Positions 49,325 to 57,460 of a stretch of DNA of 64,000 nucleotides are shown here, piece after piece. A program made the translations under genes and the position numbers. A model generated the notes under the pieces. It was not told the origin of the DNA and ran no database searches. It was given only the letters and a program-made list of their open reading frames with translations. The stretch lies in NCBI GenBank assembly GCA_038874135.1, contig JAVZCZ010000001.1, positions 32,001-96,000 on the forward strand, in the 5' to 3' direction. This DNA comes from Candidatus Woesearchaeota archaeon. Its GTDB lineage: Archaea > Nanobdellota > Nanobdellia > Woesearchaeales > 0-14-0-80-44-23. Within the stretch, counting starts at the first letter, position 1, and every line of letters begins with the position of its first letter.

Positions 49325-50542
49325 CTAATAGTACCTGTCCCAAGGCGTTTTGTACACCGTTATGTACTTGCTTATCTCTGAACTGTTCAGGGGCTTGAGC
49401 AGGACATCTAAAACTGGAATACTCAGCTGGCTATCACTTGCACTCTTTTTTCCCTCTTTTATGTCAAAATACTCACTCATTACTTCGTCAATGTTTAGCT
49501 TCATCCCAACATATTTTCCTGGAAAATCTCCGCTTTCATCTCCTTTGAGAGTTGCGTGTTCAAATGGCTCTCCAACCTGCTTGAAACCAAGCTTCGCATA
49601 AGTCCTTATAAGCTTTGGCAGACAAGTGAGGTAGAGCTCGTTCTGTTTAAACTCGTATTTCGCAGATATGAAAGCTTCTATCAGGAGCGGAATTGCTATT
49701 GGACTTTTGAACTCAATTCCGTTTTCAGCGTTTAAGAATGTGGATAAAATTGCACTCCTATAATCTGGATGCACCATCCACTTTCCAACCCGCAGGGTCA
49801 TCCTGTCGCCAGTGCCGAAGTCAAATCCGTCCAGAGGTCCCTTGTCCATCCAGAGGCGAACTGTTCCAACACATTTGCCCCCCTTCATGGCAACATAGTG
49901 CTTGGAAAGGTTGTTTATTCTTCCGTCAGGAGTGAAGTCTGCTTCATCCCACTTCTCTTTCCGCCTTGCCTGCTCTTCAGTTATAACCCCGTCTCTGAAT
50001 CTTTTTTCAAGCTCAGCGTACACCATGTATACGAGCCCTGCTGCAGCGTGAATGTCATAAGCAGTTTCAGCAGGCCTTATTATTATTTCTGAGCCGTCCT
50101 TATCCTTGACTGAAAATTTTATTCCCTCTTCGCTGTCATATTCTCTTAAAAGTTCTTCAATCTTTCCAATTAAACCTTCCTTATTTTCAATTACCTGCTT
50201 TTTGGGAATATATACATCTGCTCCTGCTTCGTTCAACGCAGTTATAATCTCTTCTGGAGTTGCCTGTCCTGAGAGCAGTATCTTTCTCGCTCTGGGGTGG
50301 GTCTGATCAAATCGGCTTAGAAGCTGGTTGCCGTTTTCAGTGCTGCCCTTTAGCACTTCGTCTATTATGAAGATTGGTATGCTTATTCCTTCCCTATCCA
50401 GGTAGTCGCTTATTTCCACTGCTTCTTCAGATGTTTTGCAGGCTATGCATTCAAAGTATGGGAAGTGATTTCTTATGCTGTTATATAAGAAATCTTCAAG
50501 TATATCCGCTTCATCATCCACCATCAAAATTGCTCCTTTCAT
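49325..50542 (-). CDS. Response-regulator receiver fused to a GNAT N-acyltransferase (FeeM/LuxI-like)
   Basis: REC: ILMVDDE, IIDEVL, LLSGQ, YIPK. Output domain: IIRPAET..AAAGLVYMVY, CVGTVRL, MVHPDYRS, YAKLGFKQVG. Confidence 0.82.
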   Translation of the reverse strand: MKGAILMVDDEADILEDFLYNSIRNHFPYFECIACKTSEEAVEISDYLDREGISIPIFIIDEVLKGSTENGNQLLSRFDQTHPRARKILLSGQATPEEIITALNEAGADVYIPKKQVIENKEGLIGKIEELLREYDSEEGIKFSVKDKDGSEIIIRPAETAYDIHAAAGLVYMVYAELEKRFRDGVITEEQARRKEKWDEADFTPDGRINNLSKHYVAMKGGKCVGTVRLWMDKGPLDGFDFGTGDRMTLRVGKWMVHPDYRSAILSTFLNAENGIEFKSPIAIPLLIEAFISAKYEFKQNELYLTCLPKLIRTYAKLGFKQVGEPFEHATLKGDESGDFPGKYVGMKLNIDEVMSEYFDIKEGKKSASDSQLSIPVLDVLLKPLNSSEISKYITVYKTPWDRYY

Positions 50543-50555
50543 TTTTTCACCTGTT

Positions 50556-52454
50556 TTATTTTTTTATTGGAAGTATGACTTCAAAGTAGGTCCTTTGCGG
50601 GTCTGAATAAACGCTTATTCTCCCTCCGTGTTGCTTTTCAACTATTTCTCTGCACATATAAAGTCCAATTCCCCTTCCTTCTTCTTTCTTATTCTTTGTG
50701 CTGTAATACTTGTCAAATATCTTGTCTATATCAGAGGGGGGTATCTGAGGCCCGTCGTTTTCTATCCTTACTGCCAGTTCATTTTCGTTAAGTGAGTACG
50801 CGTCTATGATTATGTTTTTTGCTCCGGCTTCAATTGCATTGTTTATTATGTTTGTCCAAACCTGGTCCAGCGCTCCGGGGTAGCATGTTATCTTAGGAAT
50901 TTGTTTATCTTCATATCTCTTATCTATTACAACTCCACCCAGCTTTACTTCCATTATTAGAACTGTGCTGTTTATTCCAGTTCTTATGTCATAGTTTTCT
51001 GCTTTTCCCCCGTAGGTGTAGTCTCTTATAGCTCCTACTAGGTCTGCTATTCTTTTTGCTGATATTTTCATCGTGGATAGCGAATGTCTTATATCAAATA
51101 GCGAGTAAGCTGATTCAATCACTTCCACGCCGTGCCTTTCTATAAGGCTTAGAAGCTTCTCACTAGTGGCTTCTGGCAGTTGCATCTTGGCATATTTTTC
51201 TATTAAGCTGTCAATTGTTATGCCTCTTTTGCTTAGCACTTCTCTAGCCTTCTGCTTTGCTCTTATCCACTCTATCCCGGTAAGGTTTCTGGATGTTTCG
51301 GCGTGTTTCGCTATTTCCTCTTCTAGTGAAAAATAATCGTTCATCTCTTCCTTGGCAATTCCTCTGCTGAATAGCCTGGCTACATTTCTGCTGTATGCTC
51401 CGTTGGCTTCAATCAGGTGTTCTATTCCTGGAAGTACTCCCAGCATAAGCGTGTTTATCTGATGATTTACCTGCTCTGAGAATTTTGCATATTCTGCCTG
51501 CGCTTTTGTTCTCACTATGATTTCCTGTGCCTCTTTTAACTCCTTTAATGCTGTTTCCAATTCGTTGTTTGTTCTTTTTAATTTTTCATTTATGACCTTC
51601 CACTTGTGTGCGAGGTATGCATTTGACAGAACAGGCTGTATTGTGTTGGCAATTTTTTCTAGTATCTTCATTGATTTTTCTGATATCGGATTGAGATCCC
51701 AATAGTCAAAATCTGATAGGTGTATTACGCCCAATACATATTCTGTTCCTCTTTCGTCCTTTGCGAGAATTGGAACCATTATGCTGCACATCTTTATCCA
51801 AAACTCGTATTCAGCTTCTTTTCCCGTCAGGGGTTTGCATCCGTAATCTTCAACATTGCTTCTCTGAAATTGTCTTATCTTTTGTTCTATGTAGTCATCT
51901 ACACTTTTTATTCTCCCTTCGGATATGTCATACTTGAGAAGTTCTTCCAGCTGTTTCTTATTCCTAGTGAATTGTAATCCTCTTTTCTCCCTTACAATTC
52001 TTAATGTTGGCCCTTTTATCTGGGAGTAGTACACTTCGCCAAATTCAATTATGTTTGTATCTTCCATTTCCGGTTGGGGTTCTAACTTGTCGTTGTGAAA
52101 ACATCTTGTTATCTGCTGGTAGGCTATTGGCTGGCTGTTTAATCTTTCCATGTTTTTAAGTTCTGGCTCCAATTTTTTAGCCCGTTGTATTAGTCCTTCA
52201 AATGTGAAGAGCTCTCCATCTTCTATGTCTCTTATCTCAGCTCCTGTTTCTGGAACTAATCTGAACTCTATCAGTTTTATGTTGTTTATTCCTAAACCTT
52301 CTCCAATATCATAAGCTATCTTACTTATGAGTTCGTTTTTGTCGTATTCTTCAGGCTTGTTTATCAGTACGGCTTTCCCGTATTTCTCTCCAAGCCTTTC
52401 TAATAGTGGTTCTCCTTCTCTTTCAAGTATTAAATCCAGGGTGGAAGCCATCAA
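50556..52454 (-). CDS. Cytoplasmic sensor histidine kinase with a GAF-like input domain
   Basis: SIMVPI..VLGVIHLSD (GAF-like), coiled coil, H-box VNHQIN, TNIINNAIEA, ENDGPQI, FDKYYSTK and GRGIGL; no TM segment. Confidence 0.92.
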   Translation of the reverse strand: MMASTLDLILEREGEPLLERLGEKYGKAVLINKPEEYDKNELISKIAYDIGEGLGINNIKLIEFRLVPETGAEIRDIEDGELFTFEGLIQRAKKLEPELKNMERLNSQPIAYQQITRCFHNDKLEPQPEMEDTNIIEFGEVYYSQIKGPTLRIVREKRGLQFTRNKKQLEELLKYDISEGRIKSVDDYIEQKIRQFQRSNVEDYGCKPLTGKEAEYEFWIKMCSIMVPILAKDERGTEYVLGVIHLSDFDYWDLNPISEKSMKILEKIANTIQPVLSNAYLAHKWKVINEKLKRTNNELETALKELKEAQEIIVRTKAQAEYAKFSEQVNHQINTLMLGVLPGIEHLIEANGAYSRNVARLFSRGIAKEEMNDYFSLEEEIAKHAETSRNLTGIEWIRAKQKAREVLSKRGITIDSLIEKYAKMQLPEATSEKLLSLIERHGVEVIESAYSLFDIRHSLSTMKISAKRIADLVGAIRDYTYGGKAENYDIRTGINSTVLIMEVKLGGVVIDKRYEDKQIPKITCYPGALDQVWTNIINNAIEAGAKNIIIDAYSLNENELAVRIENDGPQIPPSDIDKIFDKYYSTKNKKEEGRGIGLYMCREIVEKQHGGRISVYSDPQRTYFEVILPIKK

Positions 52455-52549
52455 AGAAAAGAACCACTTTCAATATTTAAATTTTTCTAAAAAGGTTGTT
52501 ATTGTGCAGTTAAGAAAACTTTATATATTTGCTTATTTTACTCGTGCGT

Positions 52550-53431
52550 ATGGATGATAAAATAGAAGGTAAAATGGCAGAAACAGATATCACTGGAACA
52601 AATGGGCTCGCATATCTTCTTAATAAGCTTCTCTCAGACATTTCAGCTCAGGATTTTGTGAGCTACAAGATTAATCGTAAAATCGTTGAAAATAAGGTTT
52701 ATTCCATACTAAACCAAAAAAATAGCTGTTTGCTTACCTCTAGCACATCTGATAATCCTTTGGATACAGAATATTGTTTATTTCTTGAAAATTACTGCAG
52801 TGAAGCAGGATTAAAACTTGTTAATCAGTATAGGTTCTTCTTAATTAAGCGCCCAAACTCTAAGCTGAACTATGAAATAATTGATTACGAAAATACTAAG
52901 ATAATGTGTCAATATACAGAGATATTTACACTGAAAAATTGTAAGAACGAGGCAGAATTAAAAAAACTGCTCAGTGATTTTAAGAATAGTTTTGATAAAA
53001 TTGTTGAAGCGTGCTGCAAGATAGAAGATGAATTTGAAGATTCTATTAAGATAAAAGTGCCTACAAAAATAAACTCTTTTCTTTCTCATGTTGAGAACAT
53101 CAAGTTTGAACATCAGAAAAATTCCAGCACGCCTATAATTATAAGAGAGATAAGCAATATCTTGTCTGAAATGCTCTATCCTGAGAAGCCATACCTCTCC
53201 GGTTTTGATTTATCCGCTCAGAATGAGGTGTTGTCAAAATATGACGGTTCTTATTTGATGCTCATAGCCAGGATTATCACAGGAGATCTCATACATAATA
53301 GTGGGTTTAAGAGTTTTGAAAATGAAGAAGAACTTAAAGCTCGCGTATCATCCAAAGCAAACGAATTGTATGCGCAGCCGCTAGAAGAAATTATAAATAA
53401 AATAAAATCTTCTTACCAGTTAACATTTTGA
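52550..53431 (+). CDS. Hypothetical protein
   Basis: AT-rich ORF with TTTATATA ~22 nt before ATG 52550, suggesting a leaderless transcript. Confidence 0.65.
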   Translation: MDDKIEGKMAETDITGTNGLAYLLNKLLSDISAQDFVSYKINRKIVENKVYSILNQKNSCLLTSSTSDNPLDTEYCLFLENYCSEAGLKLVNQYRFFLIKRPNSKLNYEIIDYENTKIMCQYTEIFTLKNCKNEAELKKLLSDFKNSFDKIVEACCKIEDEFEDSIKIKVPTKINSFLSHVENIKFEHQKNSSTPIIIREISNILSEMLYPEKPYLSGFDLSAQNEVLSKYDGSYLMLIARIITGDLIHNSGFKSFENEEELKARVSSKANELYAQPLEEIINKIKSSYQLTF

Positions 53432-53532
53432 GATGCTGTCTTGGTGTCTTCAACTTCTTCCAGCTCTTCAAAGCTGATTATTGAACCGCACTTTGGGCAC
53501 TTATACTTTCTTACCTTCTTGGGCCTTGGCAT
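53413..53532 (-). CDS. 39-aa CPxCG-type small protein
   Basis: MPRPKKVRKYKCPKCGSIISFEELEEVEDTKTASQNVNW; GGAGGT RBS and TATA-like element upstream; below the ORF-track cutoff. Confidence 0.6.
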   Translation of the reverse strand: MPRPKKVRKYKCPKCGSIISFEELEEVEDTKTASQNVNW

Positions 53533-53649
53533 CTTTCTTACCTCCATCTGAGTATTTTTTTTGTCTTTTTTTATTATTTTCTGTTTAAAAGCTTTAAAGT
53601 ATTTAAAGATATCGGTATATTAAATAGTATATTAGAATACAAAATATAT

Positions 53650-53940
53650 TTATTTTTCCCTTATTTTTTCATAGATTGTATTAACCACATCTTCCACTGT
53701 TTTTATATTATTCAAAGCTTCATCGCTTACTGTGAACTTCTTTCCATACTTCTTATTTAAGGTTTCTTCCAGGTACATTGCAAAGTCCAGCATTGCAAGC
53801 GAATCCAGATAATCCCGGATAGGCGTTTCTGGCTTTATCTCCACTTTTTTGTTATGCGGCTCGCAAATCCTAATCCCATTTTCCACTATCCTATATATCT
53901 CTTTATATTCCCTCTCTTTGTCACTAGGATTATACTCCAT
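53650..53940 (-). CDS. Acyl carrier protein
   Basis: Phosphopantetheine motif LDSL followed by LEE...DE...TVEDVV; start overlaps the ligase stop codon. Confidence 0.85.
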   Translation of the reverse strand: MEYNPSDKEREYKEIYRIVENGIRICEPHNKKVEIKPETPIRDYLDSLAMLDFAMYLEETLNKKYGKKFTVSDEALNNIKTVEDVVNTIYEKIREK

Positions 53941-55903
53941 TTTTTTCACCTCTCTCATATTCTTCAAAGAATTTTTTCCTCTTTACCTTCTTAGTTTCTG
54001 AAAGGCACTCTTGCGCTATTGGCTCTGTGTGGAAAACTACTTCATCTATTGTTTCGTGCTTATGGAACCTTTTGCTCTCAATTATTTTTCTTTTAATTTC
54101 TTCCTCTAAATGAGCATAACCTTTATTAACATTTAGAAAATCCTTATTTAAAAATATGTGTGCCCTCAGCTTATCATTTTTGTAAGTAACGACTGCATTA
54201 TCCACATAGGGCAGGGCTCTCAGCTCATTTTCCAGTACGGCTGGCTCAATCTTTTCACCGTTCCTCAACACAATTGTGTCATCAGCCCTCCCAATTATCT
54301 TTATGAATTCATCTATAGTCTTCATCGCCAAATCTCCAGTTTTAAGGTATCCGTCCTGAGTGAATGCCTTAGCAGTTAGCTCTTCATTCTTGTAATAGCC
54401 TTTCATCACATTTGGGCCCCTTAAGAGCAATCTACCCACACTTCCAGGGCCTACTTCTCTTTCATTTTCATCTACTATTTTGTATTCTATTCCTGGGAGC
54501 ACTTTTCCTACGGTGAATATCTTGTGTCCAATGCTCATGTTCTTGTAATATTTTGGAACTCTTACGGCATCCACAACTATGGTTTCTGTCATTCCGTAGC
54601 CCTCGCTTATTTGTGGAATTGTTGGCCTTCCAGCGCTGAAGAACTCATCTATCTCTTCCGGCAGAGGTCCTGCTCCGCTTATTATTATTCTAAGCTTTTT
54701 TCCAATCTTCTCTTTTAGTGGTTCATAAATCTTTTTTTGAGCCAGCTGATGTATTGGCTTTAATAAGGCTGCTTTTATTTTGGATTTTAGAATTTTAGTA
54801 TTGTCTGGCTCCTCTTCTTCTGAAAAGATTGGCTCTTCATCATTTATGATTCTTATTGCTCTGTCGTATTCAATTGCTCCTTTTATGAGCATTTTGGCAA
54901 TTATTTTTTCCAGCGGGGAAGATTGTTCTATCTTTCTCATAGTTGCTTTGTATAGCAGCACTAGTATGTCGGGCACAAGAGTTATTACTGTGTGTTCTGC
55001 ATTTTTTAAGTCGGAGAGTAGCGTGTTTATGCTTCCATAATATATTGAGCCGCCTACTGCGAGCATTCCATAGTTTACCTGTCTTTCATATGCGTGCCAT
55101 ATTGGTAGAATTGTGAGCAGTCTGTCTTCTTCATTTACTCCGAAAACTTTTCCTAATAGTGCCATGTTGTGCATATAGTTGCTGTGGGTGAGCATTGCGC
55201 CTTTCGGAATTCCAGTTGTACCTGAGCTGTATATTATTGAAGCTAGGTCATCCCCTTTCAATTCAGATATTCTTCTCTCAACTTCTGAGCTTCCCTTCTT
55301 GATAAGCTCAACACCAATGCGCATTAAATCTTTATACGAAATTATATTTCCTATTTCTCCTTCAAAGTCCTTGTCTATGACTATTACCTTTTTTAGGCGG
55401 CTTCCATTTTCTGGAAGGTTTTTTATGTATTCCAGTGTTGGGATTATTGCAACTTCTGCTCCTGAGTGTTCCAGTATGGTTCTTATTAGTTCTGAAGGAG
55501 CGTTTACGCCTCTTGGCACATCTACTGCTCCTGAGTATTGTATTGCTAAGTTTGTTATAAGCCACTCTGGAGAGTTTTCTAATATCATGGCAACCCGGGT
55601 TCCCTTTTCAAGTCCGATATACTTTATCAGTGCTTCTGCAAATGTAGTTACCATCTCGTCAAGTTGGGCGTATGTTATACTTTTTAGAGTTTCATCCTGC
55701 TTGTATATTAGAGCTGTTCTGTCAGAAAACTTCTTTGCTGATTCCCTTATAACTTGTGGTATTGTTGAGTATTGGAATTTAAAAGCAGACTCTTCTTTAA
55801 GTTCTCTTCTGTTCTCTTCTTGGTGTTGAATGGTTTCTTCTTTAATTCTTTGTATTGCAGAATGTCTTGAAATTATACTTTCAAGATTATCTTTTCTTAC
55901 CAC
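53930..55903 (-). CDS. fadD: Long-chain fatty acyl-CoA/ACP ligase (AMP-binding)
   Basis: YSSGTTGIPKG, LPIWH, GYGMTE, VMKGYY, TGDL and GRADD..NGEKIEP motifs. Confidence 0.92.
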   Translation of the reverse strand: MVRKDNLESIISRHSAIQRIKEETIQHQEENRRELKEESAFKFQYSTIPQVIRESAKKFSDRTALIYKQDETLKSITYAQLDEMVTTFAEALIKYIGLEKGTRVAMILENSPEWLITNLAIQYSGAVDVPRGVNAPSELIRTILEHSGAEVAIIPTLEYIKNLPENGSRLKKVIVIDKDFEGEIGNIISYKDLMRIGVELIKKGSSEVERRISELKGDDLASIIYSSGTTGIPKGAMLTHSNYMHNMALLGKVFGVNEEDRLLTILPIWHAYERQVNYGMLAVGGSIYYGSINTLLSDLKNAEHTVITLVPDILVLLYKATMRKIEQSSPLEKIIAKMLIKGAIEYDRAIRIINDEEPIFSEEEEPDNTKILKSKIKAALLKPIHQLAQKKIYEPLKEKIGKKLRIIISGAGPLPEEIDEFFSAGRPTIPQISEGYGMTETIVVDAVRVPKYYKNMSIGHKIFTVGKVLPGIEYKIVDENEREVGPGSVGRLLLRGPNVMKGYYKNEELTAKAFTQDGYLKTGDLAMKTIDEFIKIIGRADDTIVLRNGEKIEPAVLENELRALPYVDNAVVTYKNDKLRAHIFLNKDFLNVNKGYAHLEEEIKRKIIESKRFHKHETIDEVVFHTEPIAQECLSETKKVKRKKFFEEYERGEKNGV

Positions 55904-55972
55904 TTTATCACCGATATTTTTTTACTTAGAAGTAGTGATAATTTTATTTTATTTAAATCTTTTGCTTTTTTA

Positions 55973-57055
55973 CTATTTTCCAACTACAATCTTCTTAGCT
56001 TCTATAATTGCTTGCTTGTGCTTCTCCTGATGCTCCTTAAGCATCTTGTTTAAGAATTCCATGCAGTTCTTCTTGCACTCCCCACAGAGAAGCCTGCCGC
56101 TTCTGCACTCTGAATATGTCTCTTCTAAGAATTTGTCTTCAGGATGGTGAAACTTAAAGATTTCATAGACCTTGCAAACTTCAGGATTGCCACCTTTTTT
56201 TCTTTGCTCCTCAACAGATTCTCTGCCACCTGTGAATGCCTTGGATATCTTCTTCTTTACTTCGTCAGGAGTGTCTTTTAAGAATATTGCAGTTTCAGGG
56301 TCTGAGGAGCTCATTTTGGAGTTTTCTTTAAGCCCTGAAAGGTGTTGAAAATAAAAGAAGGATGGAATCTCAAAATTGTAGTCCAGACGCTTTGCCACAT
56401 CTCTTGTCAGCCGAGCGTGAGGATCCTGGTCTATACCTATACCTGTTACCGAAGGGGCCTTCCCAAAGTATTCTGGAAGCTGCACGTGTAGTATGTCTGC
56501 TATCTGCAGGAAAACAGAAGCGATCTTTCCCAAGTCTGTATGCCCGTATATTGCTTCAAACATATTGTTGGTTATCTTTTTTGAAATCTCATATGAAAGC
56601 TGATAATACTCTTTCGGCATGTTTGACTGGGCGTAAATCTCTTCAGCAGGAATTCCGAGAGCGATTGCATCTGCAGCGTTTCTTATTCCTATCTCCTTAG
56701 CAATCTTCATAGAAGGCACTTTTGGGTCTGGTCTACTTACATATCCGTCAATATCTGCTATACAAAATCTGCTCTTGGCTCCTAATTTTCTAAATTCCAG
56801 ATAGAAGTCTATGTCTGTTTTGTGTCCAAGATGTAAATCCCCCGAGGATGCTATTCCTGTTAGTTGTAAGAATTTTTTTCTCTGTTTTATTGCTTCGGCT
56901 ATCTTCTGAAAGTCACGATGTGCTATTATTATCTTTCTTTTGAACAGATAGTGCTGGCTGATTGAGTAGTCGTTAAATTTTGATAATCCGAATTCTTCAA
57001 ACACATGTTCATAGTTTCTTATTGCGTTTGAGTCCCATGCGTTTATCTGAGTCAT
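55973..57055 (-). CDS. trpS: Tryptophanyl-tRNA synthetase (archaeal type)
   Basis: SSGDLHLGH, QIADIL, GIDQDPH, KMSSS, AFTGG and LLCGECK motifs. Confidence 0.96.
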   Translation of the reverse strand: MTQINAWDSNAIRNYEHVFEEFGLSKFNDYSISQHYLFKRKIIIAHRDFQKIAEAIKQRKKFLQLTGIASSGDLHLGHKTDIDFYLEFRKLGAKSRFCIADIDGYVSRPDPKVPSMKIAKEIGIRNAADAIALGIPAEEIYAQSNMPKEYYQLSYEISKKITNNMFEAIYGHTDLGKIASVFLQIADILHVQLPEYFGKAPSVTGIGIDQDPHARLTRDVAKRLDYNFEIPSFFYFQHLSGLKENSKMSSSDPETAIFLKDTPDEVKKKISKAFTGGRESVEEQRKKGGNPEVCKVYEIFKFHHPEDKFLEETYSECRSGRLLCGECKKNCMEFLNKMLKEHQEKHKQAIIEAKKIVVGK

Positions 57056-57120
57056 GAATATTGAAAATGGCAAGATTGTTTATAAATTTATCTTACTTTG
57101 TTAATTGTTATAGAAAAATA

Positions 57121-57347
57121 GGTGCTGGCGTTCTGGACTCGGTGAAAGAGTTCCTTTGCATGCACCTATCGAACTTAACCGTTGGTGCTGCATCAAGGTT
57201 ATCTCTTTCGCACGTGGAATATCGCTTACCGCGGTGTAGATCGCATACGGCGAGTCAAGGTCCAGTCGCCGTATTAATCGCCGAACACCGGGCAGAGGCT
57301 ACTCCCGCCGCATCCTTTTGCAGGACACCCGAAGTTTCCACGCCAGC
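57121..57347 (-). ncRNA. Unassigned ~224-nt structured non-coding RNA
   Basis: GC-rich island in an AT-rich spacer; terminal helix GCUGGCGU/ACGCCAGC and four internal hairpins; G-U pairs favour the minus strand; TATA box 23 nt before the 5' G and a U-tract after the 3' end. Confidence 0.72.
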
Positions 57348-57370
57348 GAAATTATTTAAATACTCTCATC

Positions 57371-57385
57371 TATATAAACTTTTCT
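57371..57385 (-). promoter_or_regulatory. BRE/TATA promoter of the ncRNA
   Basis: Minus strand reads GAAAAG-TTTATATA. Confidence 0.6.
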
Positions 57386-57460
57386 TTTTTTTGTTGTCAT
57401 TGAACAGTAACTACAAAATAGAAAGGTTTATATATTAAATCCTCTTTTTTAGATGTAGAG

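Noticed and set aside
53650-55903. NRPS/PKS cluster
   Set aside because: No condensation, ketosynthase or thioesterase domains; the adenylating enzyme has fatty acyl-CoA ligase features.
57121-57347. Assigning the ncRNA as RNase P, SRP RNA, tmRNA or tRNA
   Set aside because: GGAAACUUC resembles RNase P CR-I, but there is no P2/P3 before it and no CR-V. There is no SRP helix 8 GNRA/AGCA motif. The acceptor-like stem lacks D and T arms.
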